Origin: Paragordius varius | Lineage: Eukaryota; Animalia; Nematomorpha | Reading direction: 5' to 3' | DNA length: 64,000 bases | Assembly: GCA_964247055.1 (NCBI GenBank) | Contig: OZ176052.1 | Coordinates: forward strand, 6,262,001-6,326,000 | In this document: one piece after another, positions 1 through 11,635 of the stretch | Layout: each line of letters begins with the position of its first letter | Position numbering within the stretch: the stretch's first letter is position 1 | Made by a program: the position numbers and the translations under genes | The notes under the pieces: model-generated | What the model was told of the DNA's origin: nothing | Seen by the model: the letters and a program-made list of their open reading frames with translations, nothing else | Database searches by the model: none

Positions 1-324
1 AAAAAGAGGGCCTAAATTAAAAAAGCGAGCCGACTATGTTCGGCGCAATCGAAAATAAGTAAACAAAAATCATATTTGAAATTGAATGGTCCAACACGTT
101 CTCCGGAAAATTGTCTCAAAGACACGATTTTTGTGGACTTCTGTTTTTTAAAAAAACCCGTTTTTCATACGGGGTGGGTCCGAACTGGGGGCCTATTTCA
201 AAAAAGGGAGCAATTGTCGGGGCATTCATTATATATTTTTTCGATGTTTGGATTTGAATGGGTCTACCGGTTTTCCTGTACCAGATCACAAAGCCAGCAT
301 TTTCCATTTTTGTAAATATATAGA
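1..324 (-). mobile_element. Non-autonomous Helitron, 5' part (3' end lies left of the window)
   Basis: Near-identical to 8770-9094. Both copies stop at the same point (...AAATATATAGA|T on plus), which is a 5'-TC terminus preceded by A on the minus strand. Confidence 0.7.
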
Positions 325-687
325 TGATAATTATTGCGTAAATATATTCACTAATTAACAAATATCCATTTTCTATTTTAATAACAGTTGTAAAATCCGT
401 AATAAATAATGATAATCGAAAATTAAATAGATAATTAATAGAAGGATAATTATTAACAGAAACGATATGTGAAACCCTTTCGTTATAATAATCGTAGATT
501 AGTTTCGTGTTTGCTAGCACTCATCAGTACGACACAACTATTTGACTTGGGGTTTTCACATATCGATTTTGTATATATATCCAACCAGTTTCTTAAAATA
601 TTTATTCATTATTTAGTAACAAGAACAGGGAAATAATTGTGTATTAAGATTAAGTAATGTAAACACAGTAGTTTATGATATAAAAGA

Positions 688-880
688 TAGTCCACTAAAT
701 AAACTAAATAAATATTACATAAAAGGGAAAAATATTTAATTTCAACCAGTTGAAATTTTTTTTACCATACGCTACTGTAATTAAGTTAGTCCAAAACTAA
801 ATAAAGAAAATAAATATTACATATAAGAAAAAATATTTGATCTAAACCAGTTATTGTTTTTTAATATACGCTACTGTAAA
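688..880. repeat. Two tandem ~99-bp units, each ending in (C/T)ATACGCTACTG|TA (possible Tc1/mariner-like terminus)
   Basis: Units at 688-786 and 787-880. The same terminal motif recurs at ~3633-3645 and, inverted, at ~60539-60551. Confidence 0.55.
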
Positions 881-1199
881 TTTAATTTAAATAACTTTTC
901 ATAGCACTTTATGTAAAAGAAAACTTGTGTTAAAAAAATAAATTTTGTTTCCATAAATATATATTAGGATATTGCAAAAAATATTATTAAATAAATATCT
1001 CACTAAGTCCAATATACCAGTAACAGCATCCTGTTTTTTTTTCAAATTTATAAAACACATTTGTACGGATAATTTAATCATAAACACTTAATAAATCCTT
1101 TCTATTAAAAATAATTATCCATACACATTTTTTAATAAGTATATATATTCATTTTTTATATTATTCATTTGTTTTTTCGCGCTTACTTTTATTGTATTA

Positions 1200-2974
1200 C
1201 ACAGTGTGCAACAAATTTACTCAATTGTGAAAATCATATTTTAAAGACAAACTTGCTAATCACAAGCAAACATCCACCAGAAAGTTATATTTTGATACAT
1301 TATGTTTATTGTGTAATAAATCTAATACATATAATATATTTAATTTTTTTAATCTAAAATTATTTACTTGTTTTTGAACGAATGTAGGCAAGGTCGCCAA
1401 AAATAAAACTCCTCCAAAGATTTCTATTTTTAGTTTTAATGTTGAGTTCTGCCAAAGAATTGGTTTCTCTTAGATTACCCATTCTAATTTAAATAAAACT
1501 CCTCCATAGATTGCTATTTTTTGTTATGTTGAGTTATGCCAGTATTCAGGCACATAATTATTTTAGGTTCATTCTTCAAATTAGAAATGTAAATTTAAAA
1601 AAATCTTCTGAATACGGCCAGTTTTTTCTTGAATTATTTTTTAAAAAACGGTTTATGGCAAAAGAAAGTGTTAACGAAGTGTACATCAGTTTTACCAAAA
1701 CTTGGGCTCTAAAAGCTTATTTATGGCCCTGAATTATCAATTAATTTTTTTGTTATACTTATTTTTAATATAAATGTCTGCAAGTTTTTATAGTTATAGT
1801 ATGTTGCACGGTTCATGAGACAAGATTTTGCAGCCCTTTTAATTTTTTTGTTGAGTACCATTTCTTTAAATTCTATTTAAATCTATTAAAAGGTGTTGAT
1901 AATCATTTTATAAACTATTTTAATCGGGTATTTCATGTTATTAATATTTTGGCAAAATTCTCAATATCAAGAACTTTTTCAACGAGTTGAATTTCATATA
2001 CCCTAAGTAGGATAGGTTGTTTGCGATGGCTTAAGAAGCGCATGATCTAAGAGAAACTAATAAATATTTGGCAGAACTCAACATTAAAACTAAAAATAGA
2101 AATCTTTGGAGGAGTTTTATTTTTGGCGACCTTGCCCACATTCGTTCAAAAACAAGTAAACAATTAATGATTAAAAAAATTAAATATATTAAATGTATTA
2201 GATTTATTACACAATAAACATAATGTATCAAAATATAATTTTCTGGTGGATGTTTGCTTGTGATTAGCAAGTTTGTCTTTAAAATACGATTTTCACAATG
2301 GATTACATTGGTTTTTCAATGTTATATCTGAATTCCACAATATTTATCTATAATTATTATAAAATATACCATCATATCAGGGTAAAACAACAGACAATAT
2401 CATCTACAATTCAAAAATCCAGGTAAAAAATTCATATGGTTATATTTATAATCACCACACATGATTATATTACAGTTGATATTAAAAAAATTTAATTTTA
2501 TTTTAGTAAAATAAAAAATTTTAAAAATTAGATTTTAACTGAGTTAAAATCTAATTTTTATTATATATAAGTAATATTTATATTAACATATAAAGTTAAA
2601 CTTAAATTTTGGCGCATATTATATTGATTTTCATCAAGTATTTTTTATGTTACTAATATAAAGGGCTAAATTTAGTTGGATTTAATAAATTGACGTTAAT
2701 TTTAAATCTATCCATTCATATTGAGCCAAAATTTGCAAATAATATTTATTTAATATTATTTATATTATATATAAGTTTTATAATTTTTGATCAAGTATTA
2801 TGCAAATAAATTGATTTTTTCCGAATATATCCATATATGGAAAAAGTGAAAAAAAGTTTTCTGCATCGACAATTTTTTTTATCCTTATATTTTTATGATG
2901 TCTATGTCACAACGGTCATATTAAGCTTAATATGATATCCTGAGAAAAAAATAACCCCAATTTTGCACACTGTG
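1200..2974. mobile_element. CAC-terminated non-autonomous DNA transposon (Chapaev3/CMC-like), downstream of DHCR24 exon 5
   Basis: Left end TTA|CACAGTGTGCAA (1200); right end TTGCACACTGTG|TTA (2974). The termini are inverted and both flanks are TTA. Confidence 0.6.
1225..2298. repeat. Internal inverted repeat with ~250-bp arms (1225-1475 and 2047-2298)
   Basis: The arms are reverse complements with few mismatches, which produces the near-identical ORFs 1169..1357(+) and 2031..2270(-). Confidence 0.85.
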
Positions 2975-3130
2975 TTATATATTAAAGGGCAAAAACGGAA
3001 TATTAATTGAAAATTAAATATTTTTTTTTACATTTTTCTCAAAAAGGGTTATGATACGAATATGGAGTGATATATTTTTTCTCACAGATGAGAATATTTA
3101 AATTCAACATTTATATTAAAAATTATATAC

Positions 3131-4845
3131 CTTCATCATAGCATGCTTTTGCAAAATCTTGACTAATATCACCGAAAGTAGAATGTACTAAGGGATAGTA
3201 TTCCAAACAAACAAATGGTTTTGCCGGTATAATATTTATTCTGGCTTCGGTTAAAAAACCCAGAGTACCATGAGACCATGGAATTGAGCAAAATAAATCT
3301 GGTAAATTGTGCTATTTATTTGAAAATAAAAAAATTTAAATAAATTGTGATATAGATGTAAGTTTGTAGGTTTTAGGAGCTTAAAATTTTTTTTTAAAAA
3401 AGAGTATTAGCTTTCACCGATCGGAAAATATTTGGAAAAATCCTAGGATTGCTTGTTTAAAATTATTAGTGGAGGGGGTGTTTTAATTTTCTTACGCTTT
3501 CACTATTTATTTATACAGATGCACGCTTATATTGGCCAATTCACAATATTGTATTGACAATCGGCAATACAATAGTGTATCGGTAAAAACAAGGTTGAAA
3601 TTAAACAACTATATTAAAACTTTGTTTTTTATCATACGCTACTGTATTACCAATGGCCAACAATAATGTGTGCCCTGTTTATAATAAAACTTTAGGGAGT
3701 TTTATATTGAGTGTATAAAAATATAAACAAAACACTGCTTAATGGTTGTTTCAAGCATTTTATTTTTGGTGTATTTCTCTTATATGGGAACGCCTTCGAT
3801 TATTCAGACTTTATTGACAATTGATTATTAAAATTTATAAACAAACCCCTACTGGTATATTATATATTTTTATGTTTGTTTAAACGTTTTTAATATAAAT
3901 TTATACAAATAATTCTCAAAATCTTAATCGCATATAAATCTACTTATTTTGTTGGTAAATTTTGATTAAGGCCATTTAAAATGTTTGCATATTATGAAAA
4001 ATATTATTTTAAAAAGATAACTATAATCTAAAAATGTAATGTTAATATATATATAAGATTAAAACCTTATCGCACATAATGACATTTCCATCGGCCGTAA
4101 CTATTTCAAATCTAATGCAAGTTTGGTGAAATAAACCATATTTATGGGATGAGGTCTTAATCCCACAACCATTAATTAGACCGCCTAATATAACGATATG
4201 AACAAAAAAAATGAAATATCTAAAAGACACAAAATTAAACATTTTTAATATAAATTACAAAAAAATTGTTAAAAATTTGAAAAAATTACCAACGGTGAGA
4301 TCATCAAGTTCAGGTAAAACGGGTAAAGTCCAGCCCATAGGCAGCAATGTTGCAGTAATTTGACCCATTGTAACCATCGGTTCCACATCTATCCATTTTT
4401 CTTTGGTATTTACCTAACACGTTAAATATATTTTGTATAAAATTATAAAGAATCATATAAAAAATATATATACTTGAATAATATTGTGTAAATCTATTTT
4501 TATGTTTGAATATTTAGATTTATATTTGGCATTGTGAGGTGACATATTTTCCCATCCTGGTCTAGCAGTACACATAGGAACATTTACATTTTGAGTTAAA
4601 ATCTAATTTATAAAATAAAATACCTGATCACATATTTTTTTAACTGCAGCACTATGTTCTGTTGGCCCATAATTTTTATTAGACCAATTTTTTTTGTTTT
4701 TCCATTCAAAATGCAAATTATATATGTAAGATATCGGTAAAACTATCATAGAAATAAACAAGCAACGTAAAAATGTAATGCATTTTTTATCAAATGTGAT
4801 AAAAAATAAAATGCCCGAGATGATAAAAGTAAATAAAAAATACAT
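3131..4845 (-). CDS. DHCR24: Delta(24)-sterol reductase, exons 1-5 only (4845-4624, 4602-4474, 4413-4290, 4184-4066, 3311-3131); 3' exons not found
   Basis: The spliced translation contains [51 protein letters not shown] and [11 protein letters not shown], all characteristic of the DHCR24/DIMINUTO FAD-binding region. All introns are GT-AG and keep the frame. The first intron is 21 nt. Confidence 0.92.
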
Positions 4846-4909
4846 AGGAATGAATATATGACTAGAAGCGTGGTTTTAACAAATAAAAATATTTAATATG
4901 TAAAAATAG

Positions 4910-5800
4910 ATATTCATCACATTTTGGGGGTGTTTTATACCTCAAGGTTGTTTTCTTAAAAAGATGTTAAGATTTAGAAAACAAGCTTTCTCAAGCCTTT
5001 TAGGCGCATGTTAGAAAAAAAATTAGTTTAAAAAATGTTAATTTTAACACTTCGATTCAAATTGGGGTATCTAAATACCCCAGATTATATTTAAATTAAT
5101 ATTTTTAAAAAAATACTGAAAACGGTCACAATTTAAATTTATGCTTCTATCCTGATAAAAATTTTATAAATATGCCAAAATATCATGATAAAATTTTGTT
5201 TTGAAAAAAAAGTTCCATCTCGAACTACTTCTACGCCATTTTTATTTTACAAAATTTTTACAAATTATCGTATTCATTTAATTTTAAGGGTAAAACTAAA
5301 GCTATTTTTTTATATAATTTACATCTAACAATGGTAGAAATAGAAAAAGCGTTTTTTTGTATTATATTTTAATTTTACAATTTGACACATGTCATACGTT
5401 GACTAAATTATTACCTTTCGGTTTTAGCTTAAAATAAGTAATATCAAGTATATTTCGGTTTATTAATGTTATATAAGTGCAAAATTTTGCCATGTTTTTG
5501 AATACTACCATCTTTTTAAAGTATTTGATATTAAACAGGCCTGGGGTATCCAACTACCCCAATTTGAATCGAAGGACTAAAATGAGTGTGTTGTATCCAA
5601 GTGTTAAGATTCTCATCTCAAACTTTTTGCCGCCATTTATTTATTTAAATTTTTCGTATATACAACAGGCAAAAATATAAAAATATGGTTCAAAAATAAT
5701 AATTAATAAAAAGCTTCCAAATAAAATACTGTAAATTTTCATAATTATCGGTTTTAATAATCATCTGTTAGTTTCCATCGTCTTTTAAAACCATCTGAAT
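4910..5800. mobile_element. TTAA-type MITE family B copy, split by a family A MITE
   Basis: 4920-5043 joined to 5608 onward is colinear with the intact copy at 20274-20865 (TTTTGGGG...TTTTAGGCGCAT...ATCTCAAACTTTTTGCCGCCATTT). Ends are approximate. Confidence 0.6.
5048..5603 (+). mobile_element. piggyBac-like MITE family A
   Basis: TTAA|CACTTCGATTCAAATTGGGGTA ... TACCCCAATTTGAATCG...GGATCCAAGTG-like end (GTATCCAAGTG|TTAA). TTAA duplication at 5044-47 and 5604-07. No ORF. Confidence 0.8.
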
Positions 5801-6439
5801 TTGGGGTTAGAAAGTTTTTTATCTAATATGAAGGAAGAGGTTTTAATTAACTAATCAAAATATTCAAACAGTAGTTTGTTTATATTATAAGCCCTGGGGG
5901 AGAAAACTGCCCTAAAATGCATCGATTATAAAAAAATAAAAATTTCATGAGTAATATTATGTTTTAATTACTTTGCAAAACAATGATAAAAATACTTAAT
6001 ATTAAATACGTCTTAACTCAGGGGGACATCATGATGATATATACATATATTGTGATAAAAAAATGTATCAAGATTATTATGGTGCTTTTTGAGTGATATA
6101 AGAGAGTGATATTTTTATTCAAAATGGGCTAGCTCTGTTAATATAAACCCAAAAATACCAATATTGCGTGATAAAAAAATTTAAAACTATTCTATATTTT
6201 GATATTAACTAAATATTTTTCAAAAAATAGATATTTATGGTGGGTGATAAAAAATTCGCACTTGATTTTATCGAGCGTGGCAAGTAGAAAAAGTTTACTT
6301 AAGCCAGCAAAACACTAAAGTCAAGTCTTTTGCTAATGAATAACATTCTTCGCCATCCAATTCGAGTTTTTCGGATATTATTTTGATCATTATCATAAAA
6401 TTGATGAAATAAGGCACAAAAGGATAAACAAACAATTAA

Positions 6440-6992
6440 CACTTCGATTCAAATTGGATCTAAATACCCCAGACTAAATTTGAGTTAAGATTTTTAAAAA
6501 GCTACTGAAGGAAATGGTTCCAATTTAAATTTATGCTTTTATCCTAATAAAAATTATAATATGCCAAAATATCTAAATAAAATTTTGTTTTGAAAAAAAA
6601 CTTCCGTGTCAAACTAACGCCATTTTTAATTTACAAATTTAAAATATGTCTTCATTTAATTTTAAGGGGAAATTTAAAGCTAATTTTTTATTTAAATTAC
6701 ATCTAACATTGATAGAAATAGAAAAGCTGTTTATTTTGTATTATTTTTTAATTTTACCATTGCACTCATGTCACGTTGTCTAAAATTTTACCTTTCGGGT
6801 TTAGCTTAAAATAAGTAATATCAAGTATTTTTGAATAATATATTCAGTTTATTAATGTTATATAAGTGCAAGATTTTGCCATGGTTTCGATTCCTTCCAT
6901 ATTTTTTAAAGAATTTAATTTTAACAGGCCTCAGGTATTTAACTACCCCAATTTGAATCGAAGGACTAAAATGAATGTGTTGTATCCAAGTG
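6440..6992 (+). mobile_element. piggyBac-like MITE family A
   Basis: Colinear with 5048-5603; flanks are TTAA and CTAA. Confidence 0.8.
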
Positions 6993-8029
6993 CTAAATAA
7001 GCATTTATTTAAGTTCTTAAACTCAATGGGACGTATCTTATTTAATATAATAGATTATCTTCAATATTTAGCCCGGTAATTAAAATTTAATTTAACCACT
7101 TGCCGTTAAAACAATCTCTATTATTTTACCTCATGCTCATTGCATTCCATTTGCAAATATAATGGGAAAATGTTTATACTATATAACATATTATTTATTT
7201 TAATTGATTATCAACATTACATTTGAAATTTATGATTAAACAAATCTATACATGTTTTAATGGTGAAGTAACCTTTAGCGTTAATTATTTTATCTAAAAC
7301 GAAGATTTGAAAATTTAATCAAGATCACCACTTAAATATTAATTTTAAGATATTTTTGTGAATCAAATTTTGTGGGTTTACGAAATTGATAAATGCGTAT
7401 TTTTATATGCATTATAGCAGATTTTTTTAAAAATTTAACCTCTTTTATCCACCCAATTTGAATAGTTTAATTAGCCAAAAAACTAAACAGTTTGTAGCTA
7501 ATAACAGTTTTAATTACATATAATTCTTAAATTACATAGATAAATAGTTTCCAAAATAATTTTATCCATATTTTTAAATCTGTCGAGTATGCCCTACACC
7601 ACACTTGCCAAATTTTTAAGTTTTACTTAAGCAAATTATGTTTATCACCTCCAAATCAAGTTTTCTTGCTTGACTTAAGTCGTCTTATGTTAAATATTTT
7701 TATCACATGAAAGCAAGCCATCATGTGATAACTTTTTAATCACCCCACCCTTTGTTCAAATATTTAAATTTTAGCAAAATTTGGCTAAGCATACTTCATA
7801 CAATTTTGAGACATGAGAAAAACGGTATAAAAGCGTTTATTTTGTAAAAATATTTTTTCAATAATTTAATGATGCTGAACATTTCCCTCGCTTGATAACT
7901 TTAATTTATAGGTGCGTTTGCTTTTAAAATTTGTAAATTTTTGTAAAAAACACAAATCATTTAAAATAAATATGAAGGCGAACGAATATAAATGACAAAA
8001 TAAGAGAAATGTTATCGAATTGCATATGC

Positions 8030-9310
8030 CACTGCGTGTAAAATCGGGTAGTATAAGAAAATAACCTGATGAAATATATATTTTCTGATAGGAAAATGTA
8101 TCAGGATTATCATAGTGCTTTTGGCATTCCCTTACCATTAATTAAAGAAAATTTCTTACACTTTTGTGGTAAGGGCTCCATAAAATGTCAAAAGCGTTTT
8201 TATACTTCCATCATGTCTCAAAATATGAAGAACGCTTCAACAATATATTTCTAAAAATTAAATTTTTTTAAGCATTTTTTCAAAAATATTTATAGTTGAT
8301 TTCAAAATTTAGCTATATTTAATATTATTAATAATTCTAGGTATTGGATTTATTTGAGAATCCCATTTAAAATAGAGAAATTAGGGACTTTCGGAGCTCA
8401 CAAAATTAAATTTTTATAAATATACTAGCGTAAATCTCGTGCTGCTACGCAGCCCGAGGAAGTCCTTCGGACTTCTGGGGAGGGAGGGAGGGGAGGGGTT
8501 CGAAGTTTGGATTTGAATGGGTCTACCGGTTTTCCGGTACCAGATCACAAAGTCACATGAGGAATCAGTTTTTAGCGGGTAGCTCCTTACCCAGCAGCTA
8601 TCATCAAAGAAACGCCTGACTAAAATTTTTGCCTTTTAACAGGGAATACGTGGAATCCATATTGAATTTTTACGGTCTCATACCTAGGGCGAAAAATAGA
8701 TTTAAAAAATTATTTTTGTGGACTTTGTTTTTTTTAAAAAAATGGCATTTTACGGGGGTAGCGGGTAAAAAGAGGGCCTAAATCAAAAAAGTGACTCGAC
8801 TATGTTCGGCGCAATCGAAAATAAGTAAACAAAAATCATATTTGAAATTGAATGGTCCAACACGTTCTCCAGAAAATTGTCTCAAAGACACGATTTTTCT
8901 GGACTTCTGTTTTCAAAAAAAACCCGTTTTTTACACGGGGTGGGCCCGAACTGGGGGCCTATTTCAAAAAAAAGCGAAGCTATTGTCGGGGCATTCATTA
9001 ATGATTATATTTTTTCGAAGTTTGGATTTGAATGGGTCTACCGTTTTTCCTGTACCAGATCACAAAGCCAGTACCATTTTTATAAATATATAGATCTTGC
9101 TTTTTTAGGTAGTGTATGATATAGTTTGATGATATTTTCTAGAATATCGCATTTAGTTTTCACCAAAAAAATCATATAAAAAAGTGCTCAAATTTTGACA
9201 TTTTCTGAGATGACACAGTTCCCATTTTAGTTATAATAACTTTTTTAAATCACTCACGAGGGCCAAAAACAAAAGCACCATCATAATCCTGATTTGCTAA
9301 CAGAATACAT
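8030..9310. mobile_element. CAC-terminated (Chapaev3-like) element interrupted by a Helitron
   Basis: The left end CACTGCGTGTAAAATCGG matches 53553. Removing 8425-9094 restores colinearity with 54290-54560. The right end is degenerate. Confidence 0.65.
8425..9094 (-). mobile_element. Complete 670-bp non-autonomous Helitron
   Basis: On the minus strand: 5'-TC start (9094), subterminal hairpin CGGGCTGC-GTA-GCAGCACG, CTAG-3' end (8425). Inserted between A and T with no target duplication. A second copy lies at 1-324. Confidence 0.8.
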
Positions 9311-11635
9311 ATTTCATTGAACTATATTATATGCCTATTGTTGTTAATAAGTTAATCGCTAAGGGAGTAGGTTTATTATCAATTATTGTCTTTAATTTCG
9401 GACGATCATGAGCCAAGCAAATCATTTTCGGAAAGATACCATAGCGATCACACATTACACTGATACGGTCGGTGTTATTATGGGTTATTAATTATAATTA
9501 AACCTGTAAAACACAATTTTAAACTGATGGATATTAAGCTCGGCCATCAACTCCCAAACAAAAGGGTGGACCCATCATTTTAAACAGTGTATGAGAATGA
9601 TTAATGCGGTATAATCAGGTAAGTGCACAAACTTTGATGAACTATATATTGACTAATAGAAAATATCATATTCTGACGGTGTTTTTGTTAGGCCATATAG
9701 AAATTAAAATAAGCGCTGGTGCTAAACATAGTTTTTGATGAAAGCTAGATTTGGTTCCGGATTGGGTGATTTATTAATATTGGTTTATCGAAACTCCTAT
9801 AAATAGCGGAAATTGAATTCTGATATAAATAGTGTAAAAAAATAGATACTCATAAAAATCATAAATTTATTTTACTAAATCATTACATTTATGGACTACA
9901 AGATTTATAATTGATTTTGCAATGTACAAAAATATTTGGGAGTCAAAAGTTCAATTTTTTTTAAAATATAGATTTGAATTAAACAACTATAATTTTAATT
10001 TAATATCAATAAATAAAGGCTTAAAATATTAGCTCACGCATCCATCAAATTTTAAGATCTTGTATAACCAGAGATACCAACCACAAATGGCTGCACAAGC
10101 ACGTTTTCAGCTCAAAAACCGACCCGCCGTATCTTTTAAAAATTATAACAGTTGGCCACAATATTTGATTACCATCGGAATAATTTACGAAACACTATTA
10201 GGTTTCTCAATATTACTTGTAATACCGTTGCCAAAATTTTGAAGGCGTATTCGGATTAAAATTTGATTAAGATATACCTGGATATATAAAATTATGTTAG
10301 TTATTTATACAATCTAGTATCGCATAAACACGTATATTTTATAAAAAAAAGGAAATATTTAAATTAAATTCATGTATATCAGCACACCCAGAAAAAACTT
10401 TTATGAAGTTCCCGTATAATAACTTAAGCATACGATCTTATATTTATTATGAATATTGTATAGGTCTTCATAATACAATATATTTATTAATTTGAAAATT
10501 AGCAATCTGCGCTTTTACGATTGTTCGTGATAATCTAACTAGATTTGAGCATAGTTATTAATGAGACTCCTGTGAAATAGCATTAAAAACTATTGAAGTA
10601 CGTATATGATTATAGTTATAATATATTGTCTATATTGATGGTCAATAACATCTTGCAAGATGAATTTTCTCATGCGATGGCTTATTTTGTTAAATAACAG
10701 AAATATAGTGATTTTAGCTGGCAAAACAGCATTTATTTTTTATGCATTATCATTCTATAATGAAATTATCTGAAAATTATTGGAAACTTTTAGCATAGGT
10801 TTAACTTGCGCATGTAATGCAGAAAAATATAAATGTTAACATTTTAATTTACCTAACAACGCTGAATGCTAACTGATATAATCCGAATGCATTAACGCGC
10901 CATAAGTATTTATAGACGCACACATTTTTTAGCAGATAAAAAAACTTAAATTATTTTCAATTCAATACTGATTACTACGATTTGTGTCAAAATTTTTTTT
11001 GGATAAATTATAAACCACTATTAATGATAATTTTGGATCCGATAGTAATTTATAAAATTCGTTTAAAGTATGTGGTATAATATAAATATTTAGCTGCTTA
11101 ATAATTTAATCCTAACTTTACCGAACGGGTGATTAGAAATTCAAGCAATAGATATAGCTCTTTTGAGTTATAGGCCACCTAAAACCAATATAAAGGGGAT
11201 TTCGATTACTATAGAATTAATTTTATTTATATTTTTCTTGAATTTTTCGCGGGCCGTATTTTAGACCTTTTAAAAATTATAATAAAGAATTAAAATTAGT
11301 TTTTTAGATTAATCACGAATGTTATATGTCTATTTTTTAATATATTTGTTTGGCCTGGGTTATTTTGTAGACAAGGACTAATGATGTATTACAGTCTTTA
11401 AAAATGTTTTATGAAACATTCATATGTAATAAATTTTTGATATAAACCAAATTGTTGAACAAAATGATAAAAGAATATATCACAAATTAGTAATAACCGA
11501 GCCCACATTAATGGTTTAGCCCCATTTATTAATTTTTTAGTAAAAATATCTGCAAATTTATTATGAGATTAACAGATGTGAAGTTATATATATAACATAT
11601 TCATTAAGCAAGCAAATTTATAGAGTACATTCTCC

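Noticed and set aside
76-315. Repeated short ORFs 76..315, 8791..9093 and 8877..9119 as a duplicated gene
   Set aside because: They lie within Helitron copies, have no recognisable motifs, and end at different points between copies.
116-520. 134-aa minus-strand ORF as a gene or DHCR24 3' exon
   Set aside because: Non-ATG start, runs into the Helitron, and contains no convincing DHCR24 motif.
2300-2500. Possible DHCR24 exon 6 remnant (NIIMCGDY...) with a 22-nt GT-AG segment at 2347-2368
   Set aside because: No splice combination gave an open frame, and the region lies inside the 1200-2974 element.
9330-9500. GC-elevated minus-strand frame (THNNTDRISVMCDRYG...)
   Set aside because: Closed by a stop immediately upstream, with no compatible acceptor and no motif.
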